From an uncultured delta proteobacterium (GTDB taxonomy: Bacteria; Desulfobacterota; Desulfobacteria; Desulfobacterales; JAFDCJ01), in the NCBI GenBank assembly GCA_963769935.1, contig CAVYNY010000020.1, forward strand, positions 64,001-128,000: a stretch of DNA of 64,000 nucleotides. Direction: 5' to 3'. Below the pieces are notes generated by a model that saw only the letters and a list, made by a program, of their open reading frames with translations, was not told where the DNA came from and ran no database searches. How positions within the stretch are numbered: the stretch's first letter is position 1; every line of letters begins with the position of its first letter. A program made the translations under genes and the position numbers. Below are positions 39,203 through 49,021 of the stretch, piece by piece.

Positions 39203-39916
39203 CTATCCAGTTCCTAAATAAACCTCTTTGACTTTGGGATCCTCTAACAAGTCTTTGGCCTTGCCCTCGTGGACGCACCGCCCGGTTTCAAGCACATAGG
39301 CCCGGTGCGAAATTTCGAGAGAGGCCATGGCGTTTTGTTCAACCAGCAATATTGTTAAACCCTTTCGGCGGTTAAGCTGCTTGAGAACTTCAAAAACCTG
39401 ATCCACCAGCTTAGGCATGAGTCCCATGGAGACTTCATCTACCAACAGCAATTGGGGATTGGAGATCAGGGCCCGGGCAATTGCCAATTGCTGCTGCTCC
39501 CCGCCGGAGAGGGTGCTGGCCGGCTGACGGTTTCTTTCCTTTAATATCGGAAACAGATCATACAGCCATGCTATTTGATCGTCAAGATTTATGGTTTTAC
39601 GCAGTCCGTATACGCCAGTCATCAGGTTTTCATAGACGGAGAGGCGCGGAAACACTCTGGCCCGCTCCGGCACGATTCGGATACCGGCCTTGGCCCTCTG
39701 GCAGGCCGCCAGGGCAGTAATTGAACTGCCGTTGAATTCTATTTGCCCGCCGCCCAGGGGCACAATTCCCATGATGCCGTTTAAAATGGAAGTCTTGCCG
39801 GCGCCATTGGCTCCGATAATGGAGACCAGCTCTCCTTTTTCAAGAAAAAAACTCACGCCGCCGACGGCCTCGATATCACCGTAGGCGATATGAAGATTAC
39901 GGGCATCAAGCAGCAT
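39203..39916 (-). CDS. livF: Branched-chain amino acid ABC transporter ATPase (LivF-like)
   Basis: GANGAGKT, LSGGEQQQLAIARAL, LLVEQN and AYVLETG motifs. Confidence 0.9.
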   Translation of the reverse strand: MLLDARNLHIAYGDIEAVGGVSFFLEKGELVSIIGANGAGKTSILNGIMGIVPLGGGQIEFNGSSITALAACQRAKAGIRIVPERARVFPRLSVYENLMTGVYGLRKTINLDDQIAWLYDLFPILKERNRQPASTLSGGEQQQLAIARALISNPQLLLVDEVSMGLMPKLVDQVFEVLKQLNRRKGLTILLVEQNAMASLEISHRAYVLETGRCVHEGKAKDLLEDPKVKEVYLGTG

Positions 39917-40674
39917 TTTGAGCCCCCCTGCGGCCCAGGTAGGCCTCGACCACTTCTTCGTTCTGTTGGATCGCCGCCGGCGGCCCTTCGGCAATTTTGC
40001 GACCGTGATTCAGCACCACCAGCCGATCGCACAGTCCCATGGCCACCCGCATGTTGTGTTCGATTAATAGCACGGTAATACCGTCCCGGCGGATGCTTCT
40101 GATAAGCGTTTCGAGCTGCGATATTTCCTCATGACGCAAACCCGAAAAAGATTCATCCAGCAGCAAAAGCCGGCTCCCAACGATTAAGGCCCTTGCAATT
40201 TCCAGTCGGCGCAGGTTCCCCAGAGGCAGCAGTCCGGCTTTGCGCTGGGCCAGGTCCACCAGGCCGACCCGTTCCAGCATTTTGAGACTTTCCCTGACTT
40301 CCGATCCGGATTTCCAGGGCGACCAGATCCTGGCAAAAGCATTGTATTTGGAAATGCCGCGTGCAACCAGCACATTCTCCAGAACACTGAGGCTGGCAAA
40401 AGGCTTTACAATCTGAAAGGTTCGTCCCACCCCCAGGTGGGCAATCTGGTGCGGCGCTTTACTGTTCGTGCGCCGGCCATTAAAGCGGATTTCTCCGCTG
40501 CTGGGGGGGTAAACTCCTGATATCAGGTTAAAGCAGACGGTTTTCCCGGCGCCATTGGGTCCGATAAGCCCCATGATTTCACCGCTGTTAACCGCAAAAT
40601 CAACGTCGTCCAGGGCTTTCAGGCCGCCGAAATTTTTTGAAACCCGTTTTAATGATAAAAGTGCCTGGATTCAT
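39906..40674 (-). CDS. livG: Branched-chain amino acid ABC transporter ATPase (LivG-like); apparent +1 insertion just after the start codon
   Basis: In-frame upstream extension LLSLKRVSKNFGGLKALDDV; GPNGAGKT, RTFQ and LIEHNM. ATG 40674 is 100 nt from the in-frame ATG 40574, so it is one base out of frame. Confidence 0.85.
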
Positions 40675-40697
40675 TTTACCTTGTTCAATCTAATATA

Positions 40698-41594
40698 TTA
40701 TACAATTTGAGAATTTTGTCTGCGCGGTAAAGCTTTTGCAAACACTCGCCGTACCAGGCTGCCTTCGCCCAGCAGCCCTGCCGGCTGAAATCGTATAATC
40801 AAAAGCAGCAGCACCATATAAAACAGAAAACGATAATTTACCAGCGGCCGGAACACTTCCGGCAGTGCCCCGAGTATCAAAGCGCCCAGTACCGGACCCC
40901 ATAGCGTTCCCATGCCGCCCAGCACCACCATGCTGAGCAAAAGCACCGACAACGGAAAAGAAAAATCCGTGGCGCTGACAAAACGAATATAATGGGCATA
41001 CAGCGCACCTCCCAGCCCGGCCATGCCGGTTCCGATGACAAATGCCAGCAGTTTGAAGCGAACGGGAGAAATTCCCATGCTCGCGGCGGCGGCTTCCTCC
41101 TCGCGCAGGGCAAAGCAGGCCAGGCCCGCCCAACATTGCGTGAACCACCAGCAAACGGCCAGCACGACCAGCAAAAAGAACAGACACAGGTACAAAAAGG
41201 CCAGCCCTTTAAGCTTAATGCCGAAGAGTACAATCCGGGGAATGCCTCCGATGCCCAGCGCTCCGCCGAAAAACGGGACATAGAGAAATATAGCTTCCAC
41301 AATAAAATTTATGCCGATGGTGGTAATTGCCAGAAAGTCTTCCCGCACCCGCAGGCTGGGGAGGCCCAGTAAAAGGCCGATAAACGCGCTGATGGCTATG
41401 ATCAGCGGCAGTGCGGCCCAGAAGGAAAGACCGGCCTTGGTCGCCAGTATAGCGGCGCTGTAAGCACCGATGCCGAAAAACGCGGCATGGCCAAGCGAGA
41501 TCTGACCGGCGTAACCGACGATGACATTCAGGCCGCAGACCACGATGGCGTTGATTGTAATCAGGGTTGCAATGGTAACGACGTAGGCGTTCAA
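40698..41594 (-). CDS. livM: Branched-chain amino acid ABC transporter permease (LivM-like)
   Basis: GYAGQISLGHAAFFGIGAY, LR...LAITT, AAASMGI and VVLGGMGT motifs; TTG start. Confidence 0.88.
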   Translation of the reverse strand: MNAYVVTIATLITINAIVVCGLNVIVGYAGQISLGHAAFFGIGAYSAAILATKAGLSFWAALPLIIAISAFIGLLLGLPSLRVREDFLAITTIGINFIVEAIFLYVPFFGGALGIGGIPRIVLFGIKLKGLAFLYLCLFFLLVVLAVCWWFTQCWAGLACFALREEEAAAASMGISPVRFKLLAFVIGTGMAGLGGALYAHYIRFVSATDFSFPLSVLLLSMVVLGGMGTLWGPVLGALILGALPEVFRPLVNYRFLFYMVLLLLIIRFQPAGLLGEGSLVRRVFAKALPRRQNSQIV

Positions 41595-41680
41595 AGGTAC
41601 CTCTTCCGGAGATGGAGTTTTAAACCTGTTCCGGGCAGGATAGCAGGAATCATGGCGCCGGTAAAGGCCAATCAGGGTGC
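41591..41680 (-). pseudogene. Possible degenerate 3' remnant of a LivH-type permease
   Basis: LAFTGAMIPAILPGTGLKLHLRKRYL* with TGA overlapping the livM TTG; loosely resembles a LivH C-terminus; no intact livH in the window. Confidence 0.35.
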
Positions 41681-41850
41681 CATCAACTTGACGTCCCGCA
41701 GCCGGCATCATATTATAATCATACCCGGCGTCTTGGTTAACCTTAACGTTACATAAATTTGTATACCTAAATTCAGGTTGTTATGGATATTACCTCATTT
41801 TCGGTGTAAAATTCGGTTATCAGGCAATTCATGGAGGAGAAACAGGCCGC

Positions 41851-41950
41851 ATGCAAGATGAGTGGAAAAAAGGGCTCGGGACAATGACCTACGGAATCTA
41901 CGATCTTACCAGATTTTATTAAGGATGAAATCAACAGGTTGATATCCGCC
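41851..41950 (+). pseudogene. Flavin-reductase-like (flavoredoxin) 5' fragment
   Basis: GGAGG RBS then MQDEWKKGLGTMTYGIYDLT, a stop, and KDEIN..I in a shifted frame; resembles the LxKxTYGIYVLT...DEINGM N-terminus. Confidence 0.55.
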
Positions 41951-42022
41951 GGAGCCGATATTTTTGATCACTAACATGTGCAGAGTTGAACCTTACGCTT
42001 ATCAGCGGCGACCAGGAGAGGA

Positions 42023-42970
42023 ATGAAAAAAATTCAAACAGCGGAACTCGGACAGGAAAACATCAATTTCGACAAGATTGTCGAGCAGATAAGCAGGGTT
42101 GTTATCGGAAAAGAGGAACAGATACGTCTGGCACTAACCTGTCTTTTGGCGAAAGGTCATCTTTTGATCGAAGACATTCCCGGCATCGGCAAGACGACCC
42201 TGGCCAAGGTTTTGTCAAAATGCCTGGGTTTAAACTTTCGTCGTATTCAGTGTACCAGCGATATGCTGCCGGGGGATATCCTGGGCGTTTCGGTATTCGA
42301 ACGCAAAAGCAGTGCCTTTGTATTTCATCCGGGACCGATATTTTCGCAGGTGCTGCTGGCGGATGAAATCAACCGGGCCACACCCAAGACCCAGAGCGCT
42401 TTGCTGGAGGCCATGGAAGAACGGCAGGTTACCCTGGACGGCCATACGCGGCTCCTGGAAAAGCCGTTTTTTGTCATTGCAACCCAGAATCCCATCGAGC
42501 AGTCCGGCACCTTTCCCCTGCCGGAAAGCCAATTGGACCGCTTTTTAATGCGCATCGATCTCGGCTATCCGGATCGAACGGCTGAAAAGAAGCTTCTGAA
42601 ACAGGGCGAAACCAGAAGCACCCTGGCAGGCCTGCATTCGATGCTGACGGGCGAGGATGTTCTGATGCTCCAGCAGCAGGTCGCATCCGTGCACATTTCC
42701 GATGCGCTGCTGGACTATGTGCAGGATCTTTTGGATTTTACACGAAATTCATCGTATTTTTATGTCGGTCTCTCGCCGCGGGCCGGCCTTAATCTTCTCA
42801 TGGCCGCCAAATCCAGGGCCTTTCTGCATGACAGGGATTATGCCCTGCCTGAAGATCTGCAGCAGGTAATGCCATGGGTTGTCGGCCACCGGCTGCGTTC
42901 CAAAAACGATGGCCTGGAATTTACAAGGGACAGGCTCATATCAATCCTAATGGAAGTGCCGGTACCGTAA
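42023..42970 (+). CDS. MoxR-family AAA+ ATPase (MoxR proper)
   Basis: EDIPGIGKT, LADEINRATPKTQSALLEAM, ATQNP and LPESQLDRF motifs. Confidence 0.95.
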   Translation: MKKIQTAELGQENINFDKIVEQISRVVIGKEEQIRLALTCLLAKGHLLIEDIPGIGKTTLAKVLSKCLGLNFRRIQCTSDMLPGDILGVSVFERKSSAFVFHPGPIFSQVLLADEINRATPKTQSALLEAMEERQVTLDGHTRLLEKPFFVIATQNPIEQSGTFPLPESQLDRFLMRIDLGYPDRTAEKKLLKQGETRSTLAGLHSMLTGEDVLMLQQQVASVHISDALLDYVQDLLDFTRNSSYFYVGLSPRAGLNLLMAAKSRAFLHDRDYALPEDLQQVMPWVVGHRLRSKNDGLEFTRDRLISILMEVPVP

Positions 42971-43154
42971 ATTAGGAACTGCTAGGCAGGGTAGCATCAA
43001 ATTAAATTTTAGGCCGGTTGAATCAGAAGGTTTTATAAAACAATAAAATCCCAAATCTCAAGCACCAAATTATTTGATATTTTCGAATTGCTGAAACCGC
43101 AAGCCTTATCTTACAAGATATTGCCAGATAGAGGCACCAAGAACCTGAAATCCT

Positions 43155-44063
43155 ATGCTTGATAATTCAATTCCCTTACCTCATACCCGGCAAAATAATC
43201 GGACGCGGATTCGACCGACCCGTTATGGGATCGTTTTTATGTTCCTGCTGGCAGGAATGTTTATGGGATCAATTAACTACAATAACAATCTGGGCTTTCT
43301 GCTCACCTTTCTTCTTGGCAGTATGGCATTTGTATCCATTGCCCATACATATAAAAACCTGGCGGGCCTGACCATTGTGTCTGCCGGCGCCGAACCGGTA
43401 TTTGTCGGCGGGACGGCAGTCTTTAAGATAATCGTTGATGGCGCCGGCAAATACCGCCATGGGATCGGGTTTGCCTTTCGCGAGGCAACGGCGGCCCTGC
43501 ATGATATAACAGCCGGGAGCAAAAATCGCGTGAACGTCGGCGTCCCTGCATTGTCAAGAGGCATACTCGATCCGGGCCCGTTGACGGTTACCTCTGATTA
43601 TCCGCTCGGTCTTTTTCGTGTGCAATCAAAAGTGCACCGGAAACTTGAATGCATCGTGTACCCCAAACCGATCGCCGGCAGTGTCCGAACCATCGCTGAA
43701 AAAAAAATAGCGGCCGGCGAGGTGGGGGTCAGCGGACCCGGCACCGATGACTTTCAGGGTCTCAAAGGCTATCTGCCGGGAGATCCCCTGCAACGGATTT
43801 CCTGGCGGGCGTCTTCCCGCGGCCAGGGACTTTTCACGAAAGATTTTGATGGACAATACGGCGCGTCCTTTTATCTGGACTGGTATTCATTAGAGAGTCC
43901 GGATGCCGAGCAAAAATTGTCTCTGCTGTGCGGCTGGATTCTCACCGCCCATCAACGCAATTTGACCTATGGCCTCAAACTGCCGGGCTGCAGGCTTGAA
44001 CCGGGTAATGGCAAAATCCATAAAAACCGCTGTTTAAAGGCGTTGGCACTTTTTTCCCAATAG
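43155..44063 (+). CDS. DUF58 domain protein
   Basis: GSINYNNNL, YPLGLF, VYP.P and F.GL..Y.PGDP..RI.W motifs. Confidence 0.9.
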   Translation: MLDNSIPLPHTRQNNRTRIRPTRYGIVFMFLLAGMFMGSINYNNNLGFLLTFLLGSMAFVSIAHTYKNLAGLTIVSAGAEPVFVGGTAVFKIIVDGAGKYRHGIGFAFREATAALHDITAGSKNRVNVGVPALSRGILDPGPLTVTSDYPLGLFRVQSKVHRKLECIVYPKPIAGSVRTIAEKKIAAGEVGVSGPGTDDFQGLKGYLPGDPLQRISWRASSRGQGLFTKDFDGQYGASFYLDWYSLESPDAEQKLSLLCGWILTAHQRNLTYGLKLPGCRLEPGNGKIHKNRCLKALALFSQ

Positions 44064-44065
44064 CA

Positions 44066-46006
44066 ATGGATTCCAAGAAGAATATTGGCCCCTTGATCAT
44101 GGCGCTGGGGATTGCGCTGGTGCCCTACCTTGCGCAGCTGCCGGTGTGGGTGGTGCTGTGGTGTATGATCAGCTGGGGCTACGTTTTTGCAGCCGCGAAA
44201 TGGGACCTGCTGCAACCCGGAAAAGTTGTGCGTCTAATTCTGACCGTTGCCGGCATCCTGGGTGTTTTGCTGACCCCGGAAGTCGGTCTGGACCAGAATT
44301 CCAGTATGGCATTGCTCTGGATCATGGCAAGTATCAAGCCCATGGAAATTTGCACTCGCCGGGATGAAATGGTGACCATTTTTATGGTATTTTTTCTGGC
44401 AGTCTCCTGTCTGTTTTTTTCCGGCACGCTGGTGACGGCAGTTTATATCACGTTTTCGATCTGCATTACCACGGCCGTGTTGATCCATATTCATCATCCG
44501 GCCGGCAAACGGATGGACCAGCTGGGGCTATCTGTCAGGCTCCTGGTGAAAGCCATGCCGCTGGCGCTTATTCTGTTTTTAATATTTCCCCGAATCCAGG
44601 GCAGTCTGTGGGGGATGCGCCGACCGACGCAAGCCTTCAGCGGATTCTCCGACCGCCTGGCCCCCGGTACGGTCACCCGCCTGGTGCGCAACAACGATAC
44701 GGCCTTTCGGGCCGCATTTGACGGTCAGATTCCCGGACCCGAGCAGCTCTATTGGCGCGGGCTGGTATTCTGGCGTTTTGATGGTTCTGCGTGGTATCGC
44801 AGCGACAGCAGCGTAAATATCAGCCTGCCGTTAAAAGGCCAAAAGAGTGCAGCCTATACAATTACCCTGGAGCCGCATAACCAACGCTGGTTGTTTGCGC
44901 TGGATTTACCCTATGAATTTGAACCGAACGCCATCATGTTGTCGGATTATACCCTGGTCTCGCGGCGGACGGTGCGACAGCGGCTTCAATACCGGCTCAA
45001 ATCATACACGGCCTACACCACGGGCCCGATCCGTCAATGGGAGGCGGCAGCTCTGCAATTGCCGCGCAATGCGAATCCGGCGGCGATGGCCCTGGCCCGC
45101 AGCTGGCGCACTGAATTCGCCAATCCGGTCCGAATAATAGACGCCGCCCTGAATTACCTGCGCAAGAATGACTTCAGCTACACCCTGAATCCGCCGCCGC
45201 TCGGCGAAAATACCATCGATGATTTTTTGTTCCGAACCCGCAAAGGCTACTGTGAGCACTATGCCTCGGCCTTTACATTTCTGATGCGGGCGGCCGGCAT
45301 TCCGGCCCGGATGGTGGCCGGATATCTGGGTGGTGAGCTTAATCCCTACGGTGAATATCTTGTCGTGCGGCAGTCCGATGCCCATGTATGGGCGGAGGTG
45401 TGGCTGCCGGGCCGAGGCTGGGTTCGAACCGATCCGACCCTGGCGGTGGCGCCGCAGAGAGTCGAACAGGGCATGGCGGCAGTGTTGCCGCCGGAAGAAC
45501 GGTCCATGCTCGGTTCACTCAGCGCTCTGGGCCCATTGGCAAAGTATTGGACAAACCTGCGGTTTGTCTGGGATGTGATCAACACGCAGTGGAACCGGTG
45601 GGTACTGGGGTATTCGACCACCCGGCAAAAAACGCTGTTTGCCAAAATCGGCCTTAAAGCCGGTACCCGCAAAGGGCTGGCCGCCGCCGTAATTCTAGCA
45701 ACCGCCGCCATGGGTTTGATATCGCTGTTTTATTTTCTTAGTCTTTCAAAAAAAGCGGCGGCCGAGCGAGATGTCATTCAAAAAGCTTATCTGGCATTCT
45801 GTGCCAAACTCATGCGGCGGGGATTTGCCAGAAAACCGTCCCAGGGACCGCTGGATTATGCTTGGATGGTGGCGGCTGCGCGCCGGGATCTTAATCCCAG
45901 CGTTATTGATATCGTCAACCTTTATATTCGCCTGCGCTATGGACGCGGCGGGAACAAAGAAGATATAAAGCGCTTGAAGGTTCTGGTGAGACAATTCAAT
46001 CCCTAA
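44066..46006 (+). CDS. Membrane transglutaminase-like protein (TgpA/DUF3488)
   Basis: N-terminal TMs; LYWRG; GYCEHYAS; AHVWAEV; DPT (C-H-D triad). Confidence 0.92.
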   Translation: MDSKKNIGPLIMALGIALVPYLAQLPVWVVLWCMISWGYVFAAAKWDLLQPGKVVRLILTVAGILGVLLTPEVGLDQNSSMALLWIMASIKPMEICTRRDEMVTIFMVFFLAVSCLFFSGTLVTAVYITFSICITTAVLIHIHHPAGKRMDQLGLSVRLLVKAMPLALILFLIFPRIQGSLWGMRRPTQAFSGFSDRLAPGTVTRLVRNNDTAFRAAFDGQIPGPEQLYWRGLVFWRFDGSAWYRSDSSVNISLPLKGQKSAAYTITLEPHNQRWLFALDLPYEFEPNAIMLSDYTLVSRRTVRQRLQYRLKSYTAYTTGPIRQWEAAALQLPRNANPAAMALARSWRTEFANPVRIIDAALNYLRKNDFSYTLNPPPLGENTIDDFLFRTRKGYCEHYASAFTFLMRAAGIPARMVAGYLGGELNPYGEYLVVRQSDAHVWAEVWLPGRGWVRTDPTLAVAPQRVEQGMAAVLPPEERSMLGSLSALGPLAKYWTNLRFVWDVINTQWNRWVLGYSTTRQKTLFAKIGLKAGTRKGLAAAVILATAAMGLISLFYFLSLSKKAAAERDVIQKAYLAFCAKLMRRGFARKPSQGPLDYAWMVAAARRDLNPSVIDIVNLYIRLRYGRGGNKEDIKRLKVLVRQFNP

Positions 46007-47778
46007 AACGGCCAGATTACAGGTATCAGCAGGGTGCCGAGGATCAAAACCACAAGATTGAGGGGAATGCCCAGTTTCAGGTAGTCACTGAAACGATAGC
46101 CGCCGGGTCCGTAAACCAGAAGGTTGGTCTGATAACCGATCGGGGTTGCAAAGCAGGCGCTGGCTCCGAAGCATACCGCCATGACAAACGGTTTCGGATC
46201 GACCTCCAGCCCCAGGGCGGTGGAAACGGCAATCGGGAAAAACAGAACAGCGGCGGCGTTATTGCTGATAATCTGGGTGCTGATGCTTACCAGCAGAATA
46301 AAACCGCCGAGCACCCAGGGCGGCGAAAAGCCGGCAAAAATTTTCAGATAGGCTTCGGCATATAACTGACTGGTTCCGGTTTTTTCCATGGCAGTTCCCA
46401 GGGCCAGGGTCCCGGCGATCATTAGAAGTACATCGGCCTGGACGGCCCGGTAAGCATCGCGCATCTGGAGGCATCCGGTTACAATCATGAGGAATACGGC
46501 GGTAAGGGCGCACACCATTATATCCGCCAAACCGATGCTGGCCGCCGCGACCAGGCCGACAAATATCAGACCCGCTTTCCAGGCCTTTCTTTTGTGCACG
46601 ATTTCGTGGTGCACATCCTCGGCAATGATAAAATCTACGCCGTCGCGCATCCGGTCCAGTTTATCCCCATAGCACCATATCAAGACGATGTCGCCGACCC
46701 GCAGTCTCACGTCGTGAATCTGCTTTTCGGTGAAATGAAGGCCGCTTCTTTTGATGGCGATGACATGGATATCCGAATCACGCTTGAGCCTTGATTCCAA
46801 CAGTCTTTGTCCCAGCAGAGAAGATTGGGGCGGAATAATCAGTTCCACCACAAGCGATTCTTTTTTGCCGGGACCGAAACTCAGCCCCTCCTCGGCCAGC
46901 GGCAGTTCGACCTCATCGTGATGGATGATTTCTACCAGATCGTTGGCGGATCCTTTGACCAGCAGCAGATCATCGGCGGCAATCCTAACGACATCCCGGG
47001 TGGGATGAAAAATATGCGAGTAGCGAACAAGTTCGATTACCTTCAGATCCGGGTACTTTTCGGCAAATACCTGCCCGGGATCTTGACCGATCAAATTACT
47101 GCCGCGCGGAATGGCCAGCTCCGCCAGATATCTTCGGTGTTCGCTGTTTTCCATTTCGCAGATGGGATTCAGCAGCGACGGCATGAAGCGCGGCGCGGCC
47201 AACATTAAAAAGGCTGTACCCAGCACCGCGATCGGGACGCCCAGCGCGGACAGTTCAAACATGCCGATGGCACCATAGCCATGTTTGGCACTGATATCAC
47301 TGACAATGATGTTGGTTGACGTGCCGATGAGCGTGCAGGTGCCGGCCAAAATAGACGCATATGACACCGGTATGAGGAACTTTGAGGGACTGAGATTAAA
47401 TTTGCAGCACATGCTCATGACAACCGGGATAAACAGCACCACTACCGGCGTGTTGTTAATAAAGGCCGAGGCCAGCGCCACGGTCAATAAAATCGTCAGC
47501 AGGGCCAGTTTGAAGTTGCCGCGCGCCATCTGAATCACCTTCCGACCGATAAAGCCCACCGCGCCGGTTCGAATCATCCCTTTGCTGATCAAAAACATGG
47601 ATCCGACCGTAATCACGGCCGGGTGCGCGAAACCCGCCACCGCATCGGCCGGGGAGATGATGCGAAATATCACCAGGGCCACTATGATGCCGATGGCAGT
47701 TAAATCGACCGGAACCTTTTCGGTGATGAACAGGTATAGCGCGGCCATCAAAATTGCGGATACAATCCAGACCGACAT
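46003..47778 (-). CDS. SLC13/DASS-family permease with two TrkA-C domains
   Basis: SAFINNTP, TLIGTSTN, SNNAAA and TPIGYQTN..V..PG.Y.F.DY motifs. Confidence 0.92.
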   Translation of the reverse strand: MSVWIVSAILMAALYLFITEKVPVDLTAIGIIVALVIFRIISPADAVAGFAHPAVITVGSMFLISKGMIRTGAVGFIGRKVIQMARGNFKLALLTILLTVALASAFINNTPVVVLFIPVVMSMCCKFNLSPSKFLIPVSYASILAGTCTLIGTSTNIIVSDISAKHGYGAIGMFELSALGVPIAVLGTAFLMLAAPRFMPSLLNPICEMENSEHRRYLAELAIPRGSNLIGQDPGQVFAEKYPDLKVIELVRYSHIFHPTRDVVRIAADDLLLVKGSANDLVEIIHHDEVELPLAEEGLSFGPGKKESLVVELIIPPQSSLLGQRLLESRLKRDSDIHVIAIKRSGLHFTEKQIHDVRLRVGDIVLIWCYGDKLDRMRDGVDFIIAEDVHHEIVHKRKAWKAGLIFVGLVAAASIGLADIMVCALTAVFLMIVTGCLQMRDAYRAVQADVLLMIAGTLALGTAMEKTGTSQLYAEAYLKIFAGFSPPWVLGGFILLVSISTQIISNNAAAVLFFPIAVSTALGLEVDPKPFVMAVCFGASACFATPIGYQTNLLVYGPGGYRFSDYLKLGIPLNLVVLILGTLLIPVIWPF

Positions 47779-48035
47779 GGCATCTCCGGGGTTTGTTGCA
47801 ATGCTGTAAAAAATTCAGCGCGGCCAAATGGACAACGTCGTCAAAAAATTGAACCAATTTACATTTTGTCAAGTAAGGCGGACAAAAACCATATATTATA
47901 TTTTATAGAATGAAGGTCAACAAGCGGGAAGGAAGACACAACCGCCGCCGGATTAGTAAAAATTTATATAATTATAAAATGTTATAGCGAATCTTGAAAA
48001 ATTTTTAATTTTTATCAAAATTTTTAAAAAAACAC

Positions 48036-48065
48036 TTGACATGCCACATAGTAGTAGTGTATAAA
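48036..48065 (+). promoter_or_regulatory. sigma-70 promoter with no downstream ORF before a terminator
   Basis: TTGACA-N18-TATAAA with an A/T-rich UP-like tract upstream. Confidence 0.55.
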
Positions 48066-48069
48066 ATAA

Positions 48070-48150
48070 TTCCCCTGTAAGAATGCTTCTTAAAATATCT
48101 CAATGCCTCTCCCCATGAGGCGGCTCATATCCCCGTGAGCCGCCTTTTTC
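48070..48150 (+). ncRNA. Candidate ~80 nt small RNA
   Basis: Bounded by the promoter and an intrinsic terminator; C-rich motifs; no convincing ORF. Confidence 0.45.
48118..48149 (+). terminator. Intrinsic terminator
   Basis: aggcggctca-tatccccg-tgagccgcct-tttt. Confidence 0.8.
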
Positions 48151-48274
48151 ATTTCAGCAGCCTGGCATACCGCACGCCTGCAAACCGGATAGCCGGATCA
48201 AAGCGTCAACTCGCCTTTGTGCAATATCGTCTTCCTGCGGCAGGGACATCTCCGGCGCATTTGCTTTTCGGTTT

Positions 48275-48303
48275 TTGACAAACCGCCATAGATGATATAT
48301 AAA
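48275..48303 (+). promoter_or_regulatory. sigma-70 promoter of pal
   Basis: TTGACA-N17-TATAAA. Confidence 0.65.
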
Positions 48304-48427
48304 TTGGAGCAGTATCGTTTAGACGCTGATATTATACACAGCGTTACAATTAATTCCGCATCCGCATTTTTATAATTGTTGGTATCTCATTTTTTCAGCA
48401 TTCGCACTTACAGACAAGGAGAAGCCC

Positions 48428-49021
48428 ATGATGCTAAAACACTGGACAATTTCGGCCCTGGCTCTGGCTCTGGCGTTATCGGTGACCATTTCCATTTCAG
48501 CATGCGCCAATAAAAAAATCAGTTCGGAACCTGCGGTTGCAGCAACGGCCGAAGAAGAAGCGCGCCGGCGGGCCGAAGAAGAAGCTAAGCAGCGCGAGCA
48601 GCAAAAAGCCCTGAAGGAGGAAGAGCTCGGTCAAGAAGGCCTCAGCGAGAAAATGGCCGCCGAAAGGACGGAATCCGCGAAAACCATATTCGAAAATGAT
48701 GACGTCCATTTTGAATTCGACAGTATACGGCTGACCCCGGTAGACCAGGAGATACTGACAAAAAAAGCGGATTGGCTGCGCGCAAATCCTAAGGCGAAGG
48801 TAACAATCGAGGGACACTGTGACGACCGGGGCACCAATGAATACAACCTGGCTCTGGGAGAAGGTCGCGCTCAGACTGCCAAAGCCTTTCTGGTGGATCT
48901 GGGAATCGATCCCTCCCGGCTGAACACCATCAGCTATGGCGAGGAGCGCCCAATCGATCGCGCTCAAACGGAAGAAGCCTGGGCAAAAAACCGACGCGCC
49001 CATTTTGTAATCGAACAATAG
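48428..49021 (+). CDS. pal: Peptidoglycan-associated lipoprotein
   Basis: Lipobox [36 protein letters not shown] and KNRRA motifs. Confidence 0.93.
   Translation: MMLKHWTISALALALALSVTISISACANKKISSEPAVAATAEEEARRRAEEEAKQREQQKALKEEELGQEGLSEKMAAERTESAKTIFENDDVHFEFDSIRLTPVDQEILTKKADWLRANPKAKVTIEGHCDDRGTNEYNLALGEGRAQTAKAFLVDLGIDPSRLNTISYGEERPIDRAQTEEAWAKNRRAHFVIEQ

Noticed and set aside
48160..48220. c-di-GMP-I riboswitch (gcaaacc...caaagc) or sigma-54 box upstream of pal
   Set aside because: Lacks the GNRA tetraloop/receptor architecture; the GG-N10-GC match lacks the TTGC element.
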